Below, one piece after another: positions 1 to 9,672 of a stretch of DNA of 64,000 bases. The stretch spans positions 40,542 through 104,541 of the forward strand of contig DATJNM010000060.1 of the NCBI GenBank assembly GCA_035508155.1, read 5' to 3'. The translations under genes were made by a program, and so were the position numbers. The stretch's first letter is position 1; the number at the start of each line of letters is the position of its first letter. This DNA is from Candidatus Sulfopaludibacter sp. Lineage in GTDB: Bacteria > Verrucomicrobiota > Verrucomicrobiia > Limisphaerales > UBA11358. The notes beneath the pieces were generated by a model, which had not been told where the DNA came from, made no database searches, and saw only the letters and a program-made list of their open reading frames with translations.

Positions 1-1
1 G

Positions 2-496
2 AACGGTACTACCGTCATCAAACTGGATGGTTCCGGAACGAACGACATGGTTCAGGCTGCTGCCAATATTACTTATGGGGGCACTCTGAATCTGGTCAAT
101 ATCAGCAGCTCGCCACTGGCAGCCGGAAACAGTTTCCATATTTTCAGTGCGGCGGCTTATTCTGGTTCCTTTGCCGGCATTACGCCGGGCACGCCCGGGG
201 CGGGGCTGGCATGGAACACAAACCAACTGGGCAACGGCATCGTGAGTGTGGTGACTGCACCGGCGCAGCCGGTGATTGGCAGCGTGAAGGCTTCGGGGGG
301 AAACCTGGTCTTCAGCGGCACCGGTGGCACGGCCTTTGGCACCTACTATGTGTTGACCACTACCAATCTGGCGACACCGTTGGCGAACTGGACACCGCTC
401 TTCACCAACGCATTTGATAGCAGTGGCAATTTCAGCGTGACCAACGCCATCAATGCCGGCACGCCGCGGTTATTCTATTTGCTTAAAACACCTTAA
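2..496 (+). CDS. 3' fragment (truncated by window start) of a secreted PATR-repeat protein; paralog of the C-terminus of 610..4509
   Basis: The frame is open from base 2; the ORF track only starts at the internal Met at 47. The translation NGTTVIKLDGSGTND...GGTLNLVNISSSPLAAGNSFHIF...FYLLKTP is colinear with the last ~165 aa of the next gene (NGTTVLKLNGSGTND...FYLLKE). Confidence 0.85.
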   Translation, partial: NGTTVIKLDGSGTNDMVQAAANITYGGTLNLVNISSSPLAAGNSFHIFSAAAYSGSFAGITPGTPGAGLAWNTNQLGNGIVSVVTAPAQPVIGSVKASGGNLVFSGTGGTAFGTYYVLTTTNLATPLANWTPLFTNAFDSSGNFSVTNAINAGTPRLFYLLKTP

Positions 497-530
497 CCAG
501 ACAACATAGACAATATTGTGACACTCACCA

Positions 531-564
531 CCACCGCCGGGTCAGGACACTGATCCGGCGGTGG
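531..564 (+). terminator. GC-rich hairpin after first CDS (possible intrinsic terminator)
   Basis: CCACCGCCGG (531-540) and CCGGCGGTGG (555-564) form a perfect 10-bp inverted repeat with a 14-nt loop, 35 nt after the stop at 496. No clear T-tract follows, so function is uncertain. Confidence 0.35.
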
Positions 565-609
565 GTTGTTGAGGCTCGAAAATTGTCCAATTCCGGCCAC
601 CGGCGGTAC

Positions 610-3600
610 ATGATCATCCAAAAGCGAATTCCTGGAGCTTTTATCTCGGCGCTGCTTCTGTCGCTTTGGGTTGAATCGGTTTCGGCTGCTCCATCGTTCC
701 AGCAGGTGGGAAGCACTCTGGTCATGTCCAACGGCGATGTCGTGTTGAATTACAATCTCAACGCGGGCACGACGGATTTTTACTGGAACGCTTCCAAAAA
801 GATCTCCGCCTTCTACAGTGGCGTTACGCTGAGCACGGGATACATAAAGGGCATAAATTTCAGCAGTTGGAGTTACACTGTCACCAGTAGTAACCAGGTG
901 GCGGTTACCGCCACGGGCAATGGTTTGCCGACGATGAGGCAGTATTTCACGCTCGACCAGACCGACAGTTTTCTGGTTCGCGTGGACATGGTGGGAACGA
1001 ATTTGAGCGCTAATTGGATGGGACCGGTGGTGGTCGATACGACCGGCGGCGTGGACATTGGCAGTTACGGCGACGATCGGGCGTTGTGCGTGCCGTTCGA
1101 TAATGACGGGTTCGTTTCCTACAACGCGATGCCGATAAACAACACGGGCGTCAGTTATGAAGTTGGCGCTTTCTACGACAATTCCAGCCGCAATGGTCTG
1201 GTGGTCGGCTCAGTCACGCACGACGTCTGGAAAACCGGCATTTATTTCTACGGCGCAAACAACAAGTTGAACCAGATGAACGTGTACGGAGGCGCGACCG
1301 CTCCGGCGGACGTCATGTCACATGGCTCGGTGATGGGGAATACGATTTCTTCGCCGACAATGTTTGTCGGGTTTGGAAGCGACTGGCGGCAGGTTATGGA
1401 AAACTTCGCGGCGGAGAACACGAATTTCGTTCCCAGGATGGCCTGGACCAATGGTGTTCCGTTTGGCTGGAACAGTTGGGGCGTCCTCCAACAAAATATT
1501 ACTTACACCGACGCAGTCGCCGTGTCGGATTTTTTCCACACTAATTTGGAGCCGAATGGTTTTACCAATGGAGGGACGGTTTACATCAACCTGGATGCCT
1601 TTTGGAACAACCTCAACAGCTTTCAGTTGCAGAGCTTTGTGAACCACTGTCACGCGCTCGGCCAGAAGGCGGGGATTTACTTCGGACCTTTTGTCTGGTT
1701 TGGATCGGTTACCAATGCAACCAACACGTTTGTAGAAGGTTCCGCCAACCAGTACCGCTACAGCGATCTTTTACTTCGAGGCACCAATGGAAACGCCGAA
1801 TCCGTGGATGGCGGTCTGGCCCTCGATCCGACGCATCCCGCTGACAAGGATTTGATTAATTATTACGTGAATCTCTATACCAATTATGGGTTCGATTACA
1901 TCAAGCTGGACTTCTTGTCGCACGGCGCTCTGGAAGGGGTTCATTACGACACCAACGCGACCACTGGGATTGAGGCTTACAATGAGGGAATGTCAAACGT
2001 ACTTCAGGCCATCAACGGTTGTATGTTTGTCAGCGAGTCCATAGCGCCGCTTTTTCCTTATCAGTATGCCGACAGCCGACGGATTGCCTGCGATGCTCAA
2101 ACTTCCCTGATTGGCAACACCGCCTACACCATGAATTCAGTGACGTACGGTTGGTGGCTGGACGACTTATACCAGTTTAACGACCCGGACATCATGGTGT
2201 TTAATGGCTACGGTGCCACCACAAATGAAAATCAAAGCCGGCTTATCAGCGGTGCTATCACAGGCATTTTTCTGGACGGTGACGACTTGACATCCTCCAA
2301 CGGCCAACAGGCGGCTGACACATGCTTGACCAACGCCTCAATCAACGCCGTGGCCCGGGTAGGCCGGTCCTTCACGCCCGTTGAAGGGAATACGGGAACC
2401 AGCGCTGCCAACATTTTTGTCCGGCAGGATGGTTCAACCTGGTGTATTGCAGTTTTCAACTATACTGCCAATGGCACAAACATCGTGGTTGACCTGACCC
2501 GCGCCGGTCTGCCTGCGGGGAATTATCGTGCAATGAATTTATGGAACGGGAGCACGACGAACGTATCCGGCTCTTTCAACGTGAGTTTGAATGCCAAGCA
2601 GGCAGAATTGTTTCAACTGACCGTCCCGGTTCCCGCGAATTTGGTCTGGAGCGCCAACGCGAATAGCGGAATCTGGGACACCGGGAATTCCGCCAACTGG
2701 CTCAACCTGTCCAACAGCCAACAGGTAACATTCAATCCCGGCGATCAGGTGTTGTTTGACGATACGGCGGGAGTTCCGACCGCTGTGACCGTCAATGGCA
2801 CAGTTACACCGGGCAGTGTCACGGTTAATTCCAGCGCCAATAATTTCACCTTTGGTGGTTCGGGTTCCATCACTGGTTCGGGCGGTTTAATCAAGGACGG
2901 TTCCAGCTTGTTGACAATTGTCAGTCCGGCCAATTTCACCGGGCCGGTGTTCATTGGCGGCGGGAGCATCTATGCCGGCGATTATTCCTTTACGAGCGTT
3001 TCTTCGATCACGCTTACCAACAACGCCACTCTCGATTTTGGCGGCGGGCCATTGAGTGGTCCCAAGCCAATCATTGTTTCCGGCACGGGGGTGAATGGGG
3101 AAGGTGCCCTGTATAACAGTTACAATGATTTGCCCGGCGAGGTTTTAAATATCACTCTCGCCGGCAATACCGTTTTTGGCGGCAGTAGTCGGTGGGACTT
3201 GATGAGCGGCTCAACTGTCAGTGGTCCCTACAAATTGACCGTGAATTGGTCCGACAGCAGCGGCTATGGCGAATGGAACAGTGCAACGATTGCCTCGAAC
3301 GTGGGTGACGTCGAATTGGCCACCGGCAAGCTCGGCATTAAAAATATGGGCAACAGTTTTGGCAATCCTGCCGGCACGTTCACAGTGGATTCGGGCGCAG
3401 AATTGGATTTCTGGACCGGTGACGGCGGTTATGACAAAAACATACATGTCCTGAGCAATGCTCTTCTGCAAATCCTGACCGGGTTCACGACATTTAATGC
3501 CAATCTCATCCTCGAAAATAACGCGAGTTTTAAGGCGCTCTATGGCAGCGGCATTCAGAACATTGATGGCACACTCACGCTGAATGGCATCGCGCATGTC

Positions 3601-4509
3601 ATGCTCAGCGGCGCGAATTTCATCTTCACGAATGTCATCAACGGGCCGGGCGGTTTTGTGTGGGACACTTCCGACCATCAAATGATACTGGAAGCGTCCA
3701 ACACCTACACCGGTCCGACTGTCATTGGGAACGGCTTGACGTTGGCGTTGAGCGGCAATGGTTCCATCGCGCAAAGCTCGCTCATTTTCTTCGGCGGCGG
3801 CAGTCCGGCCAATACTTCCCTGGATGTGAGTGGGCGGCCGGACCAAACCTTGATGCTGGCCAATGGCCAAACACTGGCCGGCATCGGCGGAATCAACGGC
3901 AGCTTAGTCGTTTCTTCCGGAGCAACCGTTTCGCCAGCAGGGACCAATATCACTCTGGGAATTACTGAAGGCGCAAATTCCACCGGCACGATCGCTGCAT
4001 CGGGAAGTGTTACTCTGAATGGCACCACGGTCCTCAAACTGAACGGTTCTGGAACCAACGATGCAATTCAGGCAGGCGCAAATCTCGTATACGGCGGGAC
4101 CTTAAATCTGGTTAATATTAACAGTTATCCTCTGGCGGCCGGCAACAGTTTCCACATTTTCAATGCAGCAAGTTATTCCGGGTCGTTTGCGAATATCATT
4201 CCGGCTGCCCCGGCACCAGGGCTGGCCTGGGACACAAGTGAATTGAACAGCGGAATATTGAATGTTATGACCGCCGCGTCGCAACCAGTCATCCGCGGTG
4301 CGCAGCTTTCCGGCGGCAATCTGGTGTTGAGCGGTTCCAACGGCGTGGCCAATGGCACCTACTATTTGCTGACCTCGACCAATGTGGCAATGCCGTTTGC
4401 CGACTGGACCGTGCTGGCCACGAACAATTTCGACGCCAATGGCGCCTTTAGCTTCACCGACATCATTGCCACCAGTGTCGCTCAATGTTTTTATCTGCTG
4501 AAAGAATAG
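610..4509 (+). CDS. Large secreted glycosidase-like protein: clan GH-D-like (alpha-galactosidase/melibiase-like) TIM-barrel region fused to PATR beta-strand repeats and a conserved C-terminal tail
   Basis: ATG at 610 gives the signal peptide MIIQKRIPGAFISALLLSLWVESVSAAP (track start 583 is a TTG). GFDYIKLDFLSHG and SRRIACDA resemble the nucleophile and acid/base strands of GH27/36-type barrels (read by eye). The distal half has repeated G-x-L-x-K-x-G...NTYTGPT units typical of autotransporter-associated beta-strand repeats. The CDS is certain; the family call is tentative. Confidence 0.85.
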   Translation: MIIQKRIPGAFISALLLSLWVESVSAAPSFQQVGSTLVMSNGDVVLNYNLNAGTTDFYWNASKKISAFYSGVTLSTGYIKGINFSSWSYTVTSSNQVAVTATGNGLPTMRQYFTLDQTDSFLVRVDMVGTNLSANWMGPVVVDTTGGVDIGSYGDDRALCVPFDNDGFVSYNAMPINNTGVSYEVGAFYDNSSRNGLVVGSVTHDVWKTGIYFYGANNKLNQMNVYGGATAPADVMSHGSVMGNTISSPTMFVGFGSDWRQVMENFAAENTNFVPRMAWTNGVPFGWNSWGVLQQNITYTDAVAVSDFFHTNLEPNGFTNGGTVYINLDAFWNNLNSFQLQSFVNHCHALGQKAGIYFGPFVWFGSVTNATNTFVEGSANQYRYSDLLLRGTNGNAESVDGGLALDPTHPADKDLINYYVNLYTNYGFDYIKLDFLSHGALEGVHYDTNATTGIEAYNEGMSNVLQAINGCMFVSESIAPLFPYQYADSRRIACDAQTSLIGNTAYTMNSVTYGWWLDDLYQFNDPDIMVFNGYGATTNENQSRLISGAITGIFLDGDDLTSSNGQQAADTCLTNASINAVARVGRSFTPVEGNTGTSAANIFVRQDGSTWCIAVFNYTANGTNIVVDLTRAGLPAGNYRAMNLWNGSTTNVSGSFNVSLNAKQAELFQLTVPVPANLVWSANANSGIWDTGNSANWLNLSNSQQVTFNPGDQVLFDDTAGVPTAVTVNGTVTPGSVTVNSSANNFTFGGSGSITGSGGLIKDGSSLLTIVSPANFTGPVFIGGGSIYAGDYSFTSVSSITLTNNATLDFGGGPLSGPKPIIVSGTGVNGEGALYNSYNDLPGEVLNITLAGNTVFGGSSRWDLMSGSTVSGPYKLTVNWSDSSGYGEWNSATIASNVGDVELATGKLGIKNMGNSFGNPAGTFTVDSGAELDFWTGDGGYDKNIHVLSNALLQILTGFTTFNANLILENNASFKALYGSGIQNIDGTLTLNGIAHVMLSGANFIFTNVINGPGGFVWDTSDHQMILEASNTYTGPTVIGNGLTLALSGNGSIAQSSLIFFGGGSPANTSLDVSGRPDQTLMLANGQTLAGIGGINGSLVVSSGATVSPAGTNITLGITEGANSTGTIAASGSVTLNGTTVLKLNGSGTNDAIQAGANLVYGGTLNLVNINSYPLAAGNSFHIFNAASYSGSFANIIPAAPAPGLAWDTSELNSGILNVMTAASQPVIRGAQLSGGNLVLSGSNGVANGTYYLLTSTNVAMPFADWTVLATNNFDANGAFSFTDIIATSVAQCFYLLKE

Positions 4510-4552
4510 CCCCCCGACCACCTTGCAAATGAATTACATCCGGGCATCTAAA

Positions 4553-5242
4553 ATGAGGAAATTCCTTCCCGCGATTCTCTTCACCGCCGCTCTGGTGGCG
4601 TCAAGCAATGAGATTCATGCCGGGACACCCCCCTTTTCGCGTGAGTCTGTCGAATGGTGCGACATCTGGATTTCCCACGCCAATGAAACCAATCTGCCGC
4701 GCGTTCTGCTGATTGGCGATTCCATTTCCCGGGATTACTATCCCGGAGTTGAAAAACGTCTGTCCGGCAAAGCCTACGTCGCCCGGCTTTCGACCTCGGC
4801 GTTTGTGTCCGATCCGGTTTTGCTCCAGGAAATCAGGATGGTGCTCGGCGAATACCAATTCGACGTGATTCATTTCAACAACGGTATGCACGGCTGGCAG
4901 CACAGCGAAACGGAATACCAGAAGGCCTTTCCCAAATTCCTGGAAGCAATTCAGAAATACGCGCCCCGCGCGGAATTAGTCTGGGCGACCACCACGCCGT
5001 TAAAAGTGTCTCCCAAGTTGCCGCCGGATAATCAGACCGAGGCCACTGACGAACGCATTGCCGCGCGCAATGCCATCGCCCTGAAATTTGTACAAGCTGA
5101 AGGTATTCCTGTGGATGATTTGAACGCACTCGTCCGGGGGCATCCTGAATATCACAGCGATAATGTTCATTTTGACAGCCAGGGGATTGATCTCGAAGCC
5201 GCGCAGGTCGCCCGGCAAATCGAGCCTCTGTTGAAAAATTAA
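4553..5242 (+). CDS. SGNH/GDSL-family hydrolase (esterase), secreted
   Basis: SGNH blocks are present: LLIGDSISRDY (Ser block), HFNNGMHG, SDNVHFD (Asp-x-x-His). ATG 4553 gives the signal peptide MRKFLPAILFTAALVASSNEIHA. The track start 4523 is an upstream TTG. Confidence 0.85.
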   Translation: MRKFLPAILFTAALVASSNEIHAGTPPFSRESVEWCDIWISHANETNLPRVLLIGDSISRDYYPGVEKRLSGKAYVARLSTSAFVSDPVLLQEIRMVLGEYQFDVIHFNNGMHGWQHSETEYQKAFPKFLEAIQKYAPRAELVWATTTPLKVSPKLPPDNQTEATDERIAARNAIALKFVQAEGIPVDDLNALVRGHPEYHSDNVHFDSQGIDLEAAQVARQIEPLLKN

Positions 5243-5272
5243 AATTCCCTGGCGATTGTTGACCGCACCAAC

Positions 5273-6076
5273 TCAGATCTCGTCGGCAACTGGATTGGTC
5301 AGCACCCCGATTTTTTCGATTTCAATACTTACCTGATCACCGGCTTTCAGCCAGCGTGGTGGCTTCTGTGCCATACCTACACCGTGAGGTGTGCCTGTCA
5401 GAATTACCGTTCCCGGCAACAGGGTGGTGCTGCCACTCAAAAACTCAATCAGGGCCGGCACATCAAAAATCATGTCATTCGTGTTCCAATCCTGCATCAC
5501 CTGACCGTTCAAAATCGTGCGGATTTTCAGCGCATTTGGGTTGGGAATTTCATCGCGTGTGACCAGGCACGGACCGAGTGGACTAAACGTGTCGAAGGTC
5601 TTGCCGCGGCACCACTGGCCGCCGCCGTGTTTAATCTGCCAGTCCCGGGCACTCACATCATTGCAGCAAGTATAACCGAGCACAAAGTCCAGTGCCCGGT
5701 CGCGCCTGATGTCCTTGCCGGCGCGGCCGATGACCACTGCCAGTTCACATTCGTAGTCCACCTCGTTGCTTTTCAAGTGAGTCGGCAGCAGGATTGGATC
5801 GCCGGGGTGTTGCAGCGTGTTAACGCCCTTGAAGAAGACTACCGGATATTCAGGGAACTTCGCGCCGGTTTCCTCGGCGTGCTTGCGATAGTTCAAGCCA
5901 ATGCAAATGATGGAAGTCGGTTGAATCGGAGCGAGCAGTTTGGTTACTTCCGCTTTTTCCGACGTGATCCTGGGAGAACCCAAGATCTCGCCAACCAGTT
6001 TTAATGCCGAGCCATCGGCTTGTCGGGCGGCGTGAACGAAGTTTCCCTGACGGTCCTGGTAACGGATGATTTTCAT
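5273..6076 (-). CDS. Fumarylacetoacetate hydrolase (FAH) family protein; candidate 2,4-diketo-3-deoxy-L-fuconate hydrolase
   Basis: FAH-family sequence (GLNYRKHAEE, ECELAVVIG, ILTGTP). Start trimmed to MKIIRYQD (ATG at 6076), 4 nt from the upstream SDR stop. It is the last gene of the fucose operon. Confidence 0.85.
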   Translation of the reverse strand: MKIIRYQDRQGNFVHAARQADGSALKLVGEILGSPRITSEKAEVTKLLAPIQPTSIICIGLNYRKHAEETGAKFPEYPVVFFKGVNTLQHPGDPILLPTHLKSNEVDYECELAVVIGRAGKDIRRDRALDFVLGYTCCNDVSARDWQIKHGGGQWCRGKTFDTFSPLGPCLVTRDEIPNPNALKIRTILNGQVMQDWNTNDMIFDVPALIEFLSGSTTLLPGTVILTGTPHGVGMAQKPPRWLKAGDQVSIEIEKIGVLTNPVADEI

Positions 6077-6080
6077 ACAT

Positions 6081-6821
6081 TTATTTTCCCGCACTCCAGC
6101 CGCCGTCAATCATCAGCGTGCTGCCGGTGATCATCGCGCTTTCGTCTGCGGCAAGATACAGCGCGGCGGTGGCGATTTCCTCCGGCTTCGCCATGCGACC
6201 ATTCAATTGGGTTGAGGCCATATCGCGGTAGGCTGCCTGCGGGTCGGGATATTCCTTGAGCCGCGCGAGGACGAATGGCGTTTCGACGCGGCCGGGACAA
6301 ATGCAATTGAATCGAACACCGGTGTGCGAGTGATCCAGCGCCAGCGCCTTCGTCAATCCCACAACGGCGAATTTCGTCGTCGTATAGGCCACCCGTTCGC
6401 GGACGGCGACCACGCCGCCGATGGAAGCCATGTTGATGACACTACCTGACTTCCGCTTCAACATATTGGGTACAAACGCTTTGCAGCAATTAAACACGCC
6501 GCGCACGTTGACACCGTAAAGCCTGTCCAAGTCCGTGGCCAGTGTGTGGAGCAGGGTACCCACGTGGCCGATGCCAGCGACATTTGCCAAAATATCCAAC
6601 GCACCGACGGTCTGCCCTGCCTGGTTACAGGCGGTTTCGTTGGTCACATCGAGGGCGAGGAATTTTCCACCGATACATTCCGCGTGCGCGCGCCCGTCAG
6701 CTTCATTACGGTCGGCAACCCAAACGGTAGCCCCGGCTTGAGCAAACACCCTGGCTATCGCCGCGCCGATGCCGGAAGCTGCACCGGTGACCAGCGCCGT
6801 TTTGTTTTGGAGACTAAACAT
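6081..6821 (-). CDS. SDR-family oxidoreductase (candidate 2-keto-3-deoxy-L-fuconate dehydrogenase or L-fucose dehydrogenase)
   Basis: Rossmann motif TGAASGIGAAIA and catalytic YTTTK (YxxxK). Start at ATG 6821 (MFSLQNKTALVTG) overlaps the upstream gene stop by 8 nt. The track start 6917 is an over-extension. Confidence 0.85.
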   Translation of the reverse strand: MFSLQNKTALVTGAASGIGAAIARVFAQAGATVWVADRNEADGRAHAECIGGKFLALDVTNETACNQAGQTVGALDILANVAGIGHVGTLLHTLATDLDRLYGVNVRGVFNCCKAFVPNMLKRKSGSVINMASIGGVVAVRERVAYTTTKFAVVGLTKALALDHSHTGVRFNCICPGRVETPFVLARLKEYPDPQAAYRDMASTQLNGRMAKPEEIATAALYLAADESAMITGSTLMIDGGWSAGK

Positions 6822-7665
6822 GATAGATCCTTTCTGCATTGGTCTGGAATAATTTGATCCGGTCTGACGGACTAGAGACTGAAAGTAAATTCTGGATGGT
6901 TTCAATCCAGCGTTCATAACTGGTCGCCAAGGTCGCCACCGGCCAATCGCCGCCGAACAAAACGCGGTCGAAGCCGAAACATTCCAACGCCCGGTCGAAA
7001 TAGAATTTTAAATCGCCCGGCTGCCAGCGGTTCCAATCAGCCTCCGTTGTCAATCCGGAGATTTTGCAGACAACGTTCGGATTCGCCGCCAACAACTTCA
7101 AGTCCGCCGCCCACGGTTCGGCTTCCTTGCCGCGCACATCCGGTTTGCCAAAATGGTCCAACACGAATGTAACTTGGGGGATCTGCCCAACGAGCTCGGC
7201 AACACTGTGCAGTTGCTCTGGTCGGATGCACAGGTCGAAGACGAATTCGAACTCTGCCAGTAATCGGATTCCGGTAACGAATTCCGGCCGCAGGCAAAAC
7301 TCCGAATTCCGTTCGCCCTGCAAATTCCGGCGAACGCCTTTCACCAGTGGACGATTGGACAGCTTCTCCAAATCTCCACGAGCGCCTTCACCCTTTTCCA
7401 GCGGGGCATGCGCGATGATGCCTTTCAATCGCGGCTCATTTCTGGCCAGACGGACGATCCAATCCACTTCGGCCAGGTTTTGCTCCGGCTCGCAGCCGCA
7501 CTCCACGAAGACGAGCTTGTGCACATTTGCCATAGCGTTCTCCGCAGCAAAATCCGCAGGTGAAAACGGGCGATTCAAGGCCGGCAATTCAGCGAGCCAC
7601 GTGTAACGAAATTGAGCGGGGTTCCAGAAATGAACATGTGAATCAACAATGGGGGGCGCGCTCAT
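6814..7665 (-). CDS. Amidohydrolase-2 family protein; candidate L-fucono-1,5-lactonase
   Basis: N-terminal metal-binding VDSHVHFW motif, ~283 aa, sitting next to the fuconate dehydratase. This matches the COG3618-type fuconolactonase context described for the non-phosphorylative fucose pathway. Confidence 0.8.
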   Translation of the reverse strand: MSAPPIVDSHVHFWNPAQFRYTWLAELPALNRPFSPADFAAENAMANVHKLVFVECGCEPEQNLAEVDWIVRLARNEPRLKGIIAHAPLEKGEGARGDLEKLSNRPLVKGVRRNLQGERNSEFCLRPEFVTGIRLLAEFEFVFDLCIRPEQLHSVAELVGQIPQVTFVLDHFGKPDVRGKEAEPWAADLKLLAANPNVVCKISGLTTEADWNRWQPGDLKFYFDRALECFGFDRVLFGGDWPVATLATSYERWIETIQNLLSVSSPSDRIKLFQTNAERIYHV

Positions 7666-7668
7666 GCT

Positions 7669-8895
7669 TCAGACCGGTTTCAAATCACAGCCAGAACCAA
7701 TTTCCTGCGGGGTTTGGTAAACACCACCTTCGACCTTGCAGGGGTGGACAAAGTGATCGCGTAAATGCGGGATGTGTTCGAGGAACACAACTTCGTTGTT
7801 GAGTGCGATGTGATTGAACAATACGAGGTGCTGGTGTAATTGGCCCATGTCGCCGACGTGCGGTACCACGGGCACGCCGAATTTGCGGCAGAGCAGGCTG
7901 ACAGCGACAAATTCGCTGACCCCCGCGACTCGCACGGAGTCCACTTGTATAAACCCGGCGCATCTGGCTCGCAGGTAGTTTTTGAAAACAACTCGATTGG
8001 GAACATGTTCGCCCAACGCCAGCTTCGCCGGCGCAATGGTGTCGGCGAGCGTTTTGTGGCCAAGCACGTCGTCAGGATGCGTCGGTTCCTCAATCCAAAA
8101 TGGATTGATGGAGTTCAACCGCTGACAGATATTCAACGCCTGCGGCAGGGTCCATTGCTGGTTGGCGTCGACCATAACGCGGGCCTGATCACCGGCCACT
8201 TCGCGAACGATGGTGGCGCGACGCAAATCCCGTTCCGGATTACGCGAGCCGACCTTAAGCTTCATCGCGGTAAAACCAGCGGCAACGGCCCGCCGACAGT
8301 TTTCACGGACTTGTTCGTCATCATAATTAAACCAGCCAACCGAAGTGTCATAACCGGGATACCCGGTTTTCAATACGGTTTCACGGGAAGAACGCGTCGG
8401 TTGATATTTTCTAAGCATTTCGAGTGCGAGCTGGGCGGTCAGCTCGTCCTCGAGATAGGACAGGTCGAGGGTGGCGACGATTTGTTCCGGCGTAAGATCG
8501 AGCAGCAATTTCCAAAGTGGCACGTCACACTTCTTGGCCCACAAATCCCAGCAGGCGTTCGTGACGGAAGCTAGCGCGAGCTGCACTATGCCCTTATGAG
8601 GGCCGAGCCAGCGGAATTGTTGCTCGTCGGCCATCTCGTGTTGCAATGTGCCGAAATCAGCCATGATTTCCTCGATGGATCTTCCGACCAGCCGTTGCGC
8701 GTAGAACCGGGCGGCTTCGCAGACCAGCTGGTTACCTTCGCCGAGTGTGAACGCAAGACCGATTCCGGTTTTGCCGCCGTCGTCGTGCAATTGGGTAACG
8801 GCGTAGGAATAAATCGGATCGCGATGGATGGCATCGCTGCCGTGGCCATGGCCGATGGGAAACCGCGCGTCGCGGGTGGAAATTTGCCGGATCAT
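7669..8895 (-). CDS. fucD: L-fuconate dehydratase (enolase superfamily, mandelate racemase subgroup)
   Basis: Enolase-superfamily barrel motifs are present: MKLKVG (KxK), MVDANQQW, WIEEPT, ALGEH. The N-terminus ISTRDARFP...GSDAIHRDPIYSYA resembles characterised FucD. Operon context agrees. Confidence 0.85.
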   Translation of the reverse strand: MIRQISTRDARFPIGHGHGSDAIHRDPIYSYAVTQLHDDGGKTGIGLAFTLGEGNQLVCEAARFYAQRLVGRSIEEIMADFGTLQHEMADEQQFRWLGPHKGIVQLALASVTNACWDLWAKKCDVPLWKLLLDLTPEQIVATLDLSYLEDELTAQLALEMLRKYQPTRSSRETVLKTGYPGYDTSVGWFNYDDEQVRENCRRAVAAGFTAMKLKVGSRNPERDLRRATIVREVAGDQARVMVDANQQWTLPQALNICQRLNSINPFWIEEPTHPDDVLGHKTLADTIAPAKLALGEHVPNRVVFKNYLRARCAGFIQVDSVRVAGVSEFVAVSLLCRKFGVPVVPHVGDMGQLHQHLVLFNHIALNNEVVFLEHIPHLRDHFVHPCKVEGGVYQTPQEIGSGCDLKPV

Positions 8896-8898
8896 AAA

Positions 8899-9672
8899 TC
8901 AAAGCTTCCGGCGATAACCAAGTTCCGCGCCGCCGCTGACATGCATGATGTGGCCAGTAATGAAACGCGCCTTGTCCGAAAGCAAAAAGACGCAGGCGTC
9001 CGCGATGACATCCCCCTCGGGACAATAGCCCAGTGGATGAATTTCGTTCAGGTAACTTTCAATGGACACGGGATTGGGCTGTTCGGCGCACCACTTGCGG
9101 AGCATGGGTGTCCACGTGCCCGCGGGGCAGACCGCATTGACGCGGATGCCATATTTCGCATAGTCGAGCGCCATGGATTTCGTGAGTGCATTCATACCGC
9201 CTTTGGTCGCGGTGTAGGCGGCGTGAATTTCCTGACCAATGACGCCGACGAGCGACGAGGTGTTGAGAATGCAGCCCTTGCTCGCTTTCAAGGCGGCAAA
9301 GGCATGGCGTGTTGTGTGCAGAACACTTTTTAGGTTGATGTTCAACAGCGCGTTCCACTCGGCGTCGGTGGTTTCGTGGATGGCTTTCGATGGCGTGGCG
9401 ATGCCGGCATTATTGTGAACGGCATCGAGCCTGCCGTAATGCGCCAGAGTTTTCTCAATCGCGGCTCTCACCTCGGTGTCACTCGAAACATCGCAGGAAA
9501 AACCCAGATGCCCACCGCCCAAATCCGTGGCCGCTTTCGTCACGGCCTTCTGGTCCCGCGCCACCAGCGCGACTTTTGCCCCTTCGGCAGCATAAGCTTT
9601 GGCGCAATCCCAGCCAATGCCGCAGGAACCGCCGGTGAGAAAAATTACCTTGTCTTTCAGCGAGGGATTCAT
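8899..9672 (-). CDS. SDR-family oxidoreductase (second dehydrogenase of the fucose pathway)
   Basis: TGGSCGIGW glycine-rich motif and YTATK active-site motif. Start at ATG 9672 (MNPSLKDKVIFLTGG) forms an ATGA overlap with the mutarotase stop. The track start 9768 is an over-extension. Confidence 0.85.
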   Translation of the reverse strand: MNPSLKDKVIFLTGGSCGIGWDCAKAYAAEGAKVALVARDQKAVTKAATDLGGGHLGFSCDVSSDTEVRAAIEKTLAHYGRLDAVHNNAGIATPSKAIHETTDAEWNALLNINLKSVLHTTRHAFAALKASKGCILNTSSLVGVIGQEIHAAYTATKGGMNALTKSMALDYAKYGIRVNAVCPAGTWTPMLRKWCAEQPNPVSIESYLNEIHPLGYCPEGDVIADACVFLLSDKARFITGHIMHVSGGAELGYRRKL

